Positions 8,929 to 18,248 of a stretch of DNA of 59,823 nucleotides are shown piece by piece (position 1 is the stretch's first letter; every line of letters starts with the position of its first letter). The stretch covers positions 1 to 59,823 of the IMG/VR virus record IMGVR_UViG_3300030095_004245; one strand, 5' to 3'. A program made the translations under genes and the position numbers. The notes under the pieces were generated by a model that worked only from the letters and a program-made list of their open reading frames with translations, had not been told where the DNA came from and ran no database searches. The stretch comes from a virus (Duplodnaviria; Caudoviricetes).

Positions 8929-9807
8929 ATGAAGAAAGGTAAAACAAATAACGACGGGTCCTTTCGGTACTTCGCTCCTATCTCGTTCTTCGAGAAGTCT
9001 GACGCAGAAGAAGGGCAACGTCGCCGATTTGCTGGTATCGCATCTACAGATACACCAGACCAAGAAGACGAAGTCGTCCTACAGAACGGACTAGAGTGGA
9101 ATCATTTCGTAACCAAGGGATGGTTCAACGATAATCATTCACGGAAGACTGGTGGCGTTGTAGGATACCCTACAGGCGTCAAGTTTTTTGCAGAAGGCAC
9201 CCGGCTTCCAGATGGCTCTGTAGCAAAAAGCAACTTACATTGGACCGAAGGGTATCTCCTAGAAGGTGTACCTGCGGCTGACGACATATGGAACGTAGGT
9301 CAGGCGCTTAAGAAAGCTGGCGCTGGTCGTCAACTTGGTCAATCAATCGAAGGGAAGATCCTAAAGCGAGCTGGTGACAAGGGAGAAGTCATTGCTCAAG
9401 CTAAGATTACTAATGTAGCAATCACACATTGCCCCGTGAATGCTGATACGAATCTAGGATTTTTAGCCAAGAGTCTTATAGAGACGGCGGTTCAACCCGC
9501 AGGCTATACATACCAAACAGATCTACCTGACGCTCCTGAAGTCCATATGGATTATAAGGACTGGGATGCTGCTGAAGAGCAAGCACTTGAAGGTCAGGAA
9601 GAAGAAGAGAAAACCCTCACAACGGAAAGTGGCGCAGCACTCATACCGGAGTCGCTGGAGGATGAAGAACATAACACCACATACAAGGCTTTGCATAAAG
9701 CCGCTGCGGTTAGTCTTGTTCTAAAGCGGCTACCGAACATAAGCTGTGCGACTGCTGGTCGTGTAGTTGACTTAGCACTTCAGATGAAGCTGAAAGGGCT
9801 TATTTGA
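8929..9807 (+). CDS. Prohead (capsid maturation) protease
   Basis: FAGIAST...D.EDEVV, FNDNHS (His), QSIEG (Ser) and VAITHCPVN. SD GAGGTG favours ATG 8929. Confidence 0.88.
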   Translation: MKKGKTNNDGSFRYFAPISFFEKSDAEEGQRRRFAGIASTDTPDQEDEVVLQNGLEWNHFVTKGWFNDNHSRKTGGVVGYPTGVKFFAEGTRLPDGSVAKSNLHWTEGYLLEGVPAADDIWNVGQALKKAGAGRQLGQSIEGKILKRAGDKGEVIAQAKITNVAITHCPVNADTNLGFLAKSLIETAVQPAGYTYQTDLPDAPEVHMDYKDWDAAEEQALEGQEEEEKTLTTESGAALIPESLEDEEHNTTYKALHKAAAVSLVLKRLPNISCATAGRVVDLALQMKLKGLI

Positions 9808-9819
9808 GAAGGAGCATAA

Positions 9820-10689
9820 ATGGATAATTTAGATGTTTCGGTCTCACGACCGGAGATAGGTAAAAAAGATATGAAGAAGAAACCTGCGAAGGACAAGAAG
9901 ATGGACGACGAGCAGCTCATGACTGAGGTCGCCACTGACGACGAAACAAAGGCTACGAAGTCTGTAGCTTTGTCAGAAGACGATCTAATCAAATCTCTTG
10001 ATAAGATTACGGAGCTAACGAAGAGTGAAACTCCTGACGCACGTAAACGCGCTTTGCTTGAGAAAGCATTGAACACGGAACTTGTAGCAGAAGAGACCGC
10101 AGAACTACAGGCAATCCTGAGCGGTACGTCACTTACCCCTACCTTGGGCGACGAAGTTGCTAAAGCACTCAGTCCTCAAGAAGAAAGCGCACTCGCTAAA
10201 TCAATTGATGTCAGTGATGCTCTTGGTGAGATTCATGGTGGTATCGTTACTGCTCTGCAAACTCTAGGTGAGACCATTGAGAAAGGTGGTTCTCGTCAGA
10301 GCGAAGTCAATCTTGTATTGGCGAAGGGCTTACTTGATATCGGTAAACTAGCACAGCAAACAAATGCGCTAGTAAAATCACTTGCAGACAATACGAACGC
10401 TATTAGTCGTCAACCAATCAGTGGTCGTCGCAGCGTTGTGCGTCCTAGTGATGTAGTCGCTAAATCTCATGCGGGACAACTTCCTGCAGAGGATACAATT
10501 TCAAAGGGCGAGGTCATCAGTCTTATGTCAGAAATGCTTCAAAAGAGCATGGAAGCTGGAGACAAGGGCCGCGCTACTGAACTAAATAAATCAATTACTA
10601 AGATTGAGTTGATGGGGGACGTTGATCCTCAATCAATGGCTCAAGTCGCTGACTATCGTCGGCAAAAACTAAACGGTGCGGCGCTTTAG
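9820..10689 (+). CDS. Capsid scaffolding protein
   Basis: Helical, charged 289-aa ORF between protease and capsid genes, with about 13 xxK-S/A/G motifs; SD GAAGGAG. Confidence 0.7.
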   Translation: MDNLDVSVSRPEIGKKDMKKKPAKDKKMDDEQLMTEVATDDETKATKSVALSEDDLIKSLDKITELTKSETPDARKRALLEKALNTELVAEETAELQAILSGTSLTPTLGDEVAKALSPQEESALAKSIDVSDALGEIHGGIVTALQTLGETIEKGGSRQSEVNLVLAKGLLDIGKLAQQTNALVKSLADNTNAISRQPISGRRSVVRPSDVVAKSHAGQLPAEDTISKGEVISLMSEMLQKSMEAGDKGRATELNKSITKIELMGDVDPQSMAQVADYRRQKLNGAAL

Positions 10690-10716
10690 TCGCGCCAGCT
10701 ACAAGGAGAATAACAG

Positions 10717-12270
10717 ATGAGTAACGGCATGGTTAGCTGGCGTAACTACGAAGGTATGACCGGATTCGGTGGTAACGCTTCACAAGGTGACGTCGATGCA
10801 CTTAACAAAGCATTAGATGCAGGAAGTCAAATTGACCGTCCTGCAGCTGCAACTGCAGGTGATGGCTTTTCGCTTCGCGTCGAGTCACTAGAGCAGACAT
10901 TAAAGAACACAACTTTCCGCATGGAGCATATCCGTCTATGGAAGAATCTTCCTAAGATTCCTGCATACAATACTGTGGAAGAGTACAATCAAATCCAGAG
11001 CTACTCGAACAACCAATTCAGTTCGTTCGTAACGGAAGGTCAACTTCCTGTCTCTACGGATGCGACCTATCGTCGTCAATACGCCAAGATTAAGTTCATG
11101 GGTACGCAACGGTCTGTCTCTCACGTAATGAGCATGGTCAAACCTGCTCATGGTAACGTGATTGCGCAAGAAACCATTGCGGGCACCATGTACCTTCTAG
11201 AGCAATTGGAACGTCACCTTTTCACTGGTGATTCAACAATGACCGCAGTGAATGTGGCATCGCAGGCTGAAGGTTTGGAGTTTGATGGTCTTGAACGATT
11301 GATCAGCGGTAGTGAGACTTCTCTTTCCGATCACATCATCGATCTACGTGGTGCGCCTCTTACTGAGGACAACATCATTGATGGTGCTTTGACGATTAGT
11401 GATGCTCCAGCATTCGGTCGTCCTACTCACTTGTTCTTGAATCCAAAAGCGCATAGCGACTTGGCGAAGTCTTTCTTCCCTAAAGCTCGTTATGACGTCT
11501 TCCAGAAACAAGACAACGGTATTGCGGGCATGACCTTGGGTGGCGTTACTACTCAAGCTGGTGTTGTGGCTCTTGAGCCTGACGTATTCTTGGATGAAGG
11601 TCCATTGGTTCCTGGAACTGCCGCCGCAGATGCCATTGGCACGAGTAGTTCGGCTGGCGTTGCTTGGACTTCTCCTACAGTAGGCGCGGTGACAACTCCG
11701 GTGAATGCGAAGTCGCAGTTCTTGGCAGGTACAGGTGATCATGATGCTGGTAACTACGTTTATCGTGTACGTGCAGTGAATGAGTTTGGTGCCTCTGCAG
11801 GTGTCGATGTAAACGGTGGAGCGGCATTCGCAGTAGCGGCTGGTGACGAAGTTACGTTCACCATTACTGCTGGTGGTGCTACGATTCCTCGTTACTATGA
11901 AATCTTCCGGTCTAAGCGTGGTGGAACAGCCTTGTTCTACATTGGACGAGTTCAGAATAACGGCGCAGGTGGTACTGGAGCGGTCACATTCCAAGACTTT
12001 AATGGTGTGAACATTTCTACTGCTGCAGGCGACAACTGTAACGCTACGTTACGATTGCCTCAGTCAAGCAATGGCTTTATGCTTCAGGTTGATCCGTCGA
12101 ATATCTCATTCGCGCAGCTCGCGCCTATGGTGAAGATTCCTCTAGCGACTGTCGATTCATCGATTCGCTGGATGCAATTACTCTACGGTGCAATGAAGCT
12201 ATACACCCCGCGACATAATGTTATCTATAAGAACATTGGTCGTGCGGCTGGCTTTGTAGGCGCACCTTAG
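10717..12270 (+). CDS. Major capsid protein (SPO1/Herelleviridae-like)
   Basis: LNKAL..G...LRVESLE.TL, AYNTVEEY, EFDGL, an inserted YVYRVRAVN.FG.S domain and QLAPMVKIPLA...NIG; strong SD AAGGAG. Confidence 0.93.
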   Translation: MSNGMVSWRNYEGMTGFGGNASQGDVDALNKALDAGSQIDRPAAATAGDGFSLRVESLEQTLKNTTFRMEHIRLWKNLPKIPAYNTVEEYNQIQSYSNNQFSSFVTEGQLPVSTDATYRRQYAKIKFMGTQRSVSHVMSMVKPAHGNVIAQETIAGTMYLLEQLERHLFTGDSTMTAVNVASQAEGLEFDGLERLISGSETSLSDHIIDLRGAPLTEDNIIDGALTISDAPAFGRPTHLFLNPKAHSDLAKSFFPKARYDVFQKQDNGIAGMTLGGVTTQAGVVALEPDVFLDEGPLVPGTAAADAIGTSSSAGVAWTSPTVGAVTTPVNAKSQFLAGTGDHDAGNYVYRVRAVNEFGASAGVDVNGGAAFAVAAGDEVTFTITAGGATIPRYYEIFRSKRGGTALFYIGRVQNNGAGGTGAVTFQDFNGVNISTAAGDNCNATLRLPQSSNGFMLQVDPSNISFAQLAPMVKIPLATVDSSIRWMQLLYGAMKLYTPRHNVIYKNIGRAAGFVGAP

Positions 12271-12289
12271 GTCAACTAAGTAAATGATA

Positions 12290-12335
12290 AGAGGGTGGCG
12301 GTGTAACGCTGCTGCCCTCTATTCGTTTCATTCTT
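12290..12335 (+). terminator. Probable intrinsic terminator/stabilising hairpin after capsid gene
   Basis: AGAGGGTGGCGGTG-TAA-CGCTGCTGCCCTCT stem followed by T-rich ATTCGTTTCATTCTT. Confidence 0.6.
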
Positions 12336-12350
12336 CTAAAGGAGAAGATA

Positions 12351-12659
12351 ATGAGCAAAAAACTTTCGGACTATATTCCAATCTTTGCTGACCAAGGTAT
12401 CGACTACGTGGCAGCTGCACCTGCAGCAGGTGTTTCTACTCAAGCGCAGGAAGTCGTTGTCTCTGGCGCAACTCATACAGTGACTCTTGCTAGTCAAATG
12501 GCAAATAACACTTACACGGCAATTGCGACCAACGGGAAAGATGGCGGTAATGCTGTTACCATCGGTACCAAGACAACTACGACGGTTGTGATCAAGAATG
12601 GTTCGGCTGACGACAATGTAAACCTTGTCGTTGTTGGACAACTAAAAGGTCAGTCTTAG
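12351..12659 (+). CDS. Putative capsid decoration protein
   Basis: 102 aa, T/V/A-rich, strong SD AAGGAG, directly after the capsid gene. Confidence 0.5.
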   Translation: MSKKLSDYIPIFADQGIDYVAAAPAAGVSTQAQEVVVSGATHTVTLASQMANNTYTAIATNGKDGGNAVTIGTKTTTTVVIKNGSADDNVNLVVVGQLKGQS

Positions 12660-12672
12660 GAGATTATAAGCT

Positions 12673-12996
12673 ATGTCGGCTCTTGGATTAAGGGGACACA
12701 TACCTCGGACCGAAAGGTTCTCAGCAGTGAACGCGCCTGCTTCGGCAGACGTTGCTCGTGTACATCATTCCTCACCTCAGCCGTCTAGCTTTCTCCAGAT
12801 TCGTAACGAGCAGCCTTCTGGCGGGTTCGGCATCAAAGTCTACTGGTTAGAGGCAGATTATACTGCGGACGAGAATTACTTCGTAATCTCTGCAGCGTCT
12901 GAATTTGAAGGACCAGCAGAGACAAAAGAGTTCTGGGTTCGCGGCGACGGCGGCTCTGCAGATTTAACTGCTATATTTTATCTACGTCGGGGTTAG
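12673..12996 (+). CDS. Small virion protein
   Basis: 107-aa beta-rich ORF in the structural operon. Confidence 0.4.
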   Translation: MSALGLRGHIPRTERFSAVNAPASADVARVHHSSPQPSSFLQIRNEQPSGGFGIKVYWLEADYTADENYFVISAASEFEGPAETKEFWVRGDGGSADLTAIFYLRRG

Positions 12997-13020
12997 TTTC
13001 CGGCATAAGGAGACTACCCC

Positions 13021-14556
13021 ATGGGTATTTCAGTACCTACCACCCCAGGTTCCGAAGGATTTATTCTTCAGGTTTCTAAGGTTGCATCAACATCTAATGT
13101 AGCGCTCTCTGGCCTCCAAACAATCGACGGGGTAACTCTGACCGCAGACGAACGAGTTCTTCTATTAGGGCAGTCCTCAGGCTCTCAGAATGGTCCTTGG
13201 GTTGCTGCATCTGGTTCATGGACACGTCCACATGATTATGCGGCAGGGTCGGTAGTTAAGTCGAACATCGTCGTTCCGGTATCAAGTGGTTCTACTAACG
13301 CCGACACTCGTTGGCAGATAACAACTGATGGCAACATTACGGTCGATACGACATCTACGACCTGGGGCAAGACAGACTTAGGTTTAGTTGCTGTCGTTGA
13401 TGATACTACACCTCAGCTAGGCGGCAACTTAGACCTCAACAATAAGACAGTAAAGAACGGCGTAGCCACTGTGTTTTCCATAGACGCGAGCGCGAACGTC
13501 ACCTTTGAGAATAATGTCTCGATTTCAGGCACAGTGAACATGCCTGCCACAACCACTCTCCCTAACACGGGAGACGGGGCCATTACTACGGAAGCCTCTG
13601 CTGCTGATGCAGATGGAAAGCCGCTTAGCCTTGCGGCAGGTTCCACCACTGCAGGTGGCACTAATGATACTGGCGCAGGCGGTAGTATCACTTTGAAGCC
13701 TGGAGCGGGTAAGGGGTCTGCGGTAGGCGGTGATGTGATCATTCAGACAGCACCCGCTAGTAGTGGCGGTGGCGCAACTGTCATCAATAACTATTCCACT
13801 CAGATGATTGTCAAAGAGTCCGGCAACATCGGCATGGGTACAACTGGCCCTGATCGAAAGCTAGATATTCTTGACGCGAGTAACCCTCAGTTACGCCTAA
13901 CTCATACTGATGGGTCTAAGTATGTAGACGTATCTTCTACCGCTAATAGTAACGCGGCGGTCAGCTTTCCCGGCTCTACCATGCAAGTTCAGTCTGCGGG
14001 AGCCGCCTCATTTGTACAGGTTCAGAACTCCTCTACGGGGACGGCTGATGGTGTTGGTGATGGCCTAAGTGTAGGGCTGAACGGCAAAGAGGCATTTATC
14101 TGGAACAGAGAATCTACGGGCTCTCCAGCATTGAAACTTGGTGTGGGTGGTGTGACCAGTGCGCTTGAGATTAATGTATCGAACGAAGTAAACGCAACAA
14201 ACAATGTCTCTGTCGTTACGGGTGTGCTGAATTATAAGTCTGAGACCATAGTAGACAACGGGAGCACAGGCACTACACTCGCCAAAGCAAACTCTGCTTC
14301 TATAACTGTGCTCACAGATTCAGGTAATGGTGGGAAAGTTATCTTACCTGCGGCTGATACTATAGGGCTTACTTATGTAGTGGCATCAGGCATCAACGGC
14401 GCTCAGACGGGAATTACCATCGACACAAGCGCGAATTCTTCTGACAGGTTTTATACTTCTACGGCAAACGGTGTTACCGCAGACCAAGGATTGACAGCCT
14501 ATCAAAGCAAGACATGTATCTGTATTGCCACAAATAAATGGTTGGTGATTGGGTAA
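13021..14556 (+). CDS. Head/tail fibre-like structural protein
   Basis: Phage fibre motifs ASTSNVALSGLQTIDGV...RVLL.GQ....NGPW, DTTPQLGGNLDLN and GNIGMGTTGP; G/S/T-rich. Confidence 0.7.
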   Translation: MGISVPTTPGSEGFILQVSKVASTSNVALSGLQTIDGVTLTADERVLLLGQSSGSQNGPWVAASGSWTRPHDYAAGSVVKSNIVVPVSSGSTNADTRWQITTDGNITVDTTSTTWGKTDLGLVAVVDDTTPQLGGNLDLNNKTVKNGVATVFSIDASANVTFENNVSISGTVNMPATTTLPNTGDGAITTEASAADADGKPLSLAAGSTTAGGTNDTGAGGSITLKPGAGKGSAVGGDVIIQTAPASSGGGATVINNYSTQMIVKESGNIGMGTTGPDRKLDILDASNPQLRLTHTDGSKYVDVSSTANSNAAVSFPGSTMQVQSAGAASFVQVQNSSTGTADGVGDGLSVGLNGKEAFIWNRESTGSPALKLGVGGVTSALEINVSNEVNATNNVSVVTGVLNYKSETIVDNGSTGTTLAKANSASITVLTDSGNGGKVILPAADTIGLTYVVASGINGAQTGITIDTSANSSDRFYTSTANGVTADQGLTAYQSKTCICIATNKWLVIG

Positions 14557-15410
14557 TGAATCTTCCGCTATTGATAGGTTCAATCAGTCAACAAGCCAGC
14601 GCCGGGGGTGGTGGTGGTGCGGTGACGCAAGAGGCGAACCTCGACCACTGGTGGAAGTTCCCAAGCCCCGGCGAAGCAAGCCCCCCGACCTCGGTTTTAG
14701 ATGTGGGCACTTCGTCTGCAACGCGAATTAATATAGACGCAGCAAATATAGCCATCAGCTCAAGCGCAAGGACGCTAGGGTCTAACACCTTTGACGCATA
14801 CGACCTAAACGGCAGTAACGCGAGGGCGTACGAGAAACTGCTCAGCAACCCAACAACTCTTCACCCGTTAGATACGTTTTCGTTTTGCGCGTGGGTTAAC
14901 TACGACGCTATCGCGAGTTATAAAGTGCTTCTCACCTCGGGGGTTACTAATGGAGGCTGGGACGACGGCTATTTTATTTACACTTACGCTGAAAGCGGAG
15001 AGCTTATCGACGGTGCTGGGCCGGGCCATAATATCCCTACAAACACCCTAGTATGGGGGTCAAGTGGTTGGAAAAACTCAGGCGCAACAGGGGCAAGCGT
15101 TGCTTACGCTACTTTGCCGAGCGCCGGCACATGGTTCCACGTCGCAGCGGTAATCGACGTTTCCAGCAACGTGCAAAAACTATACATAAACGGAAGCGCG
15201 GGCCAGGATGCGGTAGTAACGGTTGTTGCGCCTAATGCGATCTATCCCCTCAATTATTATATGTCAATCGGCGGAGCAACTTGGGGATTGGTGGACACGA
15301 CTAATACCAACTATTTTACGGACGGCAAAGTGTCAGACGTGCGTATTTATTCGGTTGCATTGAGCGCCAGCGAAGTTTCAGCCATCTATGCGGGAGACTG
15401 GTCGCCATGA
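14556..15410 (+). CDS. LamG/concanavalin A-like lectin domain protein
   Basis: FSFCAWVN, WFHVAAV, LYING and DGKVSDVRIYSVALSASEV.AIY. A TAATG overlap with the fibre gene puts the start at 14556. Confidence 0.85.
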   Translation: MNLPLLIGSISQQASAGGGGGAVTQEANLDHWWKFPSPGEASPPTSVLDVGTSSATRINIDAANIAISSSARTLGSNTFDAYDLNGSNARAYEKLLSNPTTLHPLDTFSFCAWVNYDAIASYKVLLTSGVTNGGWDDGYFIYTYAESGELIDGAGPGHNIPTNTLVWGSSGWKNSGATGASVAYATLPSAGTWFHVAAVIDVSSNVQKLYINGSAGQDAVVTVVAPNAIYPLNYYMSIGGATWGLVDTTNTNYFTDGKVSDVRIYSVALSASEVSAIYAGDWSP

Positions 15411-15556
15411 GCCAAGTATTTTTTCTTCTTACAAGTGAACCGACACAGCAGCAGCTCGATCACCTACAGGCGAGAGCCCTCACGTCGTCGCCAGAGTGGA
15501 ATGGGAACGGACACACTGGTACTTTGACAAATATGGACGTAGGTACGGCCTGCTAA
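15407..15556 (+). pseudogene. 49-codon ORF, possibly a chimeric remnant
   Basis: ATGA overlap with the LamG stop. Ends ...WNGNGHTGTLTNMDVGTAC*, resembling the GNGxxGTLxN segment of LamG-module proteins. Confidence 0.35.
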
Positions 15557-15587
15557 GGTAGTACCTGATATACCTCAGGAAACTATT

Positions 15588-15881
15588 ATGACTGATGAAG
15601 CAAGGATGAACTTACGAGTAGGGACTTATGCAAGCGTAGCGGCTATCATTGCTACCGTCATTGCATTTACCGCCACGTATGTCTTTGCTACTAAGGCAGA
15701 GGTCAGTGAGATGCGCACACAGCAAGTCAAGCAATCAGGGGATGTTACCACAGAGATGACCAAGATCCGTGGAGACGTTCAAACCGTTCAGGTCAAGATG
15801 GACATCATTCATAGAGAGCAGCAAGAGCTTCGCCGCTCCGTTGATCGACTGAATAAAACAATTACAAAAAAGTTACGCTAG
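15588..15881 (+). CDS. Membrane-anchored coiled-coil protein (holin-like?)
   Basis: One N-terminal hydrophobic helix followed by a heptad-rich tail. Confidence 0.5.
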   Translation: MTDEARMNLRVGTYASVAAIIATVIAFTATYVFATKAEVSEMRTQQVKQSGDVTTEMTKIRGDVQTVQVKMDIIHREQQELRRSVDRLNKTITKKLR

Positions 15882-15884
15882 CTA

Positions 15885-15913
15885 TTGCACTACAACGTCT
15901 AGCTCGCTAGACT
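15885..15913 (+). promoter_or_regulatory. Promoter for glycosyltransferase cassette, leaderless geometry
   Basis: TTGCAC-17 nt-TAGACT-6 nt-GTG(15920); no SD; inverted repeat GTCTAG/CTAGAC. Confidence 0.6.
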
Positions 15914-15919
15914 CCGCTC

Positions 15920-17116
15920 GTGCCACGGTTACTGCTATGGAGCGATTCTGTCTGTGCCCCTACAGGATTCGGTAGGGTAGCAAGAACGATATGTGAAGCA
16001 CTACCTGAGGACTGGGAGATTGTTCAGATAGGTATCAATCATCCGGGCCGACTCATAGAACATGATTATGTTCAAGTACACATCCCGGAGGAGTCTGAGC
16101 CTACAGGTTTGAAGCTAGCGAGAGATCTGTATTTGGAAGAAGACTTTGACCTCTTCATAGTAATTCAGGATTTACATATCACATCTCAATGGGCTTCATC
16201 GTTCTCTGCTGCGAAGATTGTTCGACGTATGCAGAGCAAGCCACACATCCCCGTTATCTATCATTATCCAGTAGATGGGCCTATGCTAGGGGATGTAGAC
16301 TTCTTACATTTCGCCGACCATAATATCAGCGCGACCCATTGGGGCGTGGATGCATTAGCGCACCTATTGCCCACAATAGAAGCAAGTGTAATACCTCACG
16401 CAGTCGATACCTCGGTATTCTTTCCTTTACCTGCTACGGAACGTGTGACCCTGAAGCATGAGATATTCGGTATCCATCCTACTGATGAGACGCTAGCTGT
16501 ACTGAGCGTAGGCGTAAACTCTGTCAGGAAAGACCACTTCACTTCTTTGTGTGCAATACAAGAACTCAACAAAGATAGAGTGAGAGGTAAACTTTACCTT
16601 CACACTAAGGGCATAGCTAATGGGATGGACATCTATGCGCAAGCTGCGGCGTTAGAGCTGTCTTCTTTAGAGTATCATATCGCTGATGACTCCTTACTAG
16701 GATGTTCTGATACTGCATTGAATCGATTATATAACGCATCAGACTGTGTTCTGTTCTCTTCTCGTCGAGAGGGGTTTGGGATACCTATGATTGAAGCAAT
16801 GGCTGCAGGTATACCTGTACTCGCCCCTGACTATGGACCATTTGCTGAAGTATTAGATGGCGGTGACTTCGGCTACTTGCATACTCCTTCTGGACTTGTA
16901 TGGCTCAGAGACGATCATCGAGGACCTAGTTGGCAATCTAATGCACAAACAGTGGCTAGACATTTAGAGTTCCTACATACAGCCACAGTTGAGGCGTGGG
17001 ATGCACCACCAGAGAAGATAAAAGATGCAGTGAAACATGTGAGGGATACATACTCAGTAGAGACAGTGTCTGCATTATGGGCGGAAAAGATAAAGGAGGT
17101 TGTCCATGAAAGTTGA
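15920..17116 (+). CDS. Glycosyltransferase, GT-B fold (GT4-like)
   Basis: PTGFGRV N-terminal motif, IPHAVD..F.P, and SRREGFGIPMIEAMAAGIPV (ExFGxxxxE). Confidence 0.93.
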   Translation: MPRLLLWSDSVCAPTGFGRVARTICEALPEDWEIVQIGINHPGRLIEHDYVQVHIPEESEPTGLKLARDLYLEEDFDLFIVIQDLHITSQWASSFSAAKIVRRMQSKPHIPVIYHYPVDGPMLGDVDFLHFADHNISATHWGVDALAHLLPTIEASVIPHAVDTSVFFPLPATERVTLKHEIFGIHPTDETLAVLSVGVNSVRKDHFTSLCAIQELNKDRVRGKLYLHTKGIANGMDIYAQAAALELSSLEYHIADDSLLGCSDTALNRLYNASDCVLFSSRREGFGIPMIEAMAAGIPVLAPDYGPFAEVLDGGDFGYLHTPSGLVWLRDDHRGPSWQSNAQTVARHLEFLHTATVEAWDAPPEKIKDAVKHVRDTYSVETVSALWAEKIKEVVHES

Positions 17117-18248
17117 ACTTGTAGGACCGATAGGTGATTTTTCTGGGTATGGGCATGATTGTAGACAGACTGCGCATTCTCTACTCAAGGCCGGTGTAGA
17201 CCTATCCATTACTCGTATCATTGTAGATCAAAGCAGCACGACTTGTGACTTCGGAAGAATTGAATCTGTCCTTCGACCCTATATCCGAAAGGCTGAGGAG
17301 CCCGATGTGCAGATCCTACATGCGCCTCCTCAATGCTGGGCCAAGCATGTACGTGGTGACTGCCTCACCATTGGAAAGACTGCATGGGAGACAGATGCAA
17401 TAAGCCACGACTGGGTAAAGTTTATACGTAACGCAGGAATACAGGAGCTATGGGTTCCATCCGATTTCAATGTAAATGTATTCAAGGAAAGTTTACCAAC
17501 GCTAAGCGTAATGACTATTCCACATGCACATGACGTGGACGCATACACCCCTGGGGTTGAGCCTCTAGACCTGTCTCCCTTCGGAGTGTCCGCAGACACT
17601 TTCGTATTTGGTAGTGGGTTTCAATGGACTGCACGCAAGAACCCGGAAGGTCTTATCGCTGCATACTTAGCTGAGTTTGATGCAGACGAACCAGTAGCTC
17701 TCGTCTTGAAGACACATACGTGGGACACGACAGAGAAGGCGACTGGAGAGTTATACCAAAAGCTAATTGATATCATCAAGGAGACTGGGTTCAATCGTCC
17801 ACGAGGGAAGATAGCGTTACTTCCTCAGACGCTTCCTTTCGACATGATGCTTCAGTGGCACAAGCGCGTAAACTGTGGCGTCTATCCTCATAGAGGTGAA
17901 GGATGGGGATTGCATATCAGTGAGTCCATGCTTATGGAGACTCCTTGCATTGTAACTAATTGGTCTGGCTCTACGGAGTACTGCGATGATTCTAATAGTT
18001 ACCTACTTGATTATCAGCTACAGCCTGTCCGAGGAATGAGTTGGTGTCCCTGGTACGACGCATCTCAGTCTTGGGCTGAGCCTAACCTAGTTCAGTTACG
18101 CAAGCTAATGAGAGCTGCGTTTGATGGGCGCGAGTCCTCAGAGCTTCAGGATAAGGGCATTGCAGCGCGTTCTACGATCTATGATAATTACAATCTGTAT
18201 TCTGTAGCCCAGCTTATGAAGGATAGGCTGGAGGCGTTGGTTGGATGA
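17106..18248 (+). CDS. Glycosyltransferase, GT-B fold (GT4-like)
   Basis: SGYG, TAWET, LWVPS.FN, RKNP, PHRGEGWGLHISESM and WAEP. SD AAGGAGG precedes ATG 17106. Confidence 0.92.
   Translation: MKVELVGPIGDFSGYGHDCRQTAHSLLKAGVDLSITRIIVDQSSTTCDFGRIESVLRPYIRKAEEPDVQILHAPPQCWAKHVRGDCLTIGKTAWETDAISHDWVKFIRNAGIQELWVPSDFNVNVFKESLPTLSVMTIPHAHDVDAYTPGVEPLDLSPFGVSADTFVFGSGFQWTARKNPEGLIAAYLAEFDADEPVALVLKTHTWDTTEKATGELYQKLIDIIKETGFNRPRGKIALLPQTLPFDMMLQWHKRVNCGVYPHRGEGWGLHISESMLMETPCIVTNWSGSTEYCDDSNSYLLDYQLQPVRGMSWCPWYDASQSWAEPNLVQLRKLMRAAFDGRESSELQDKGIAARSTIYDNYNLYSVAQLMKDRLEALVG

Noticed and set aside
11344-11994. 216-aa antisense ORF inside the capsid gene, and similar shadow ORFs elsewhere
   Set aside because: Fully nested opposite well-supported genes, with no SD or recognisable motifs.
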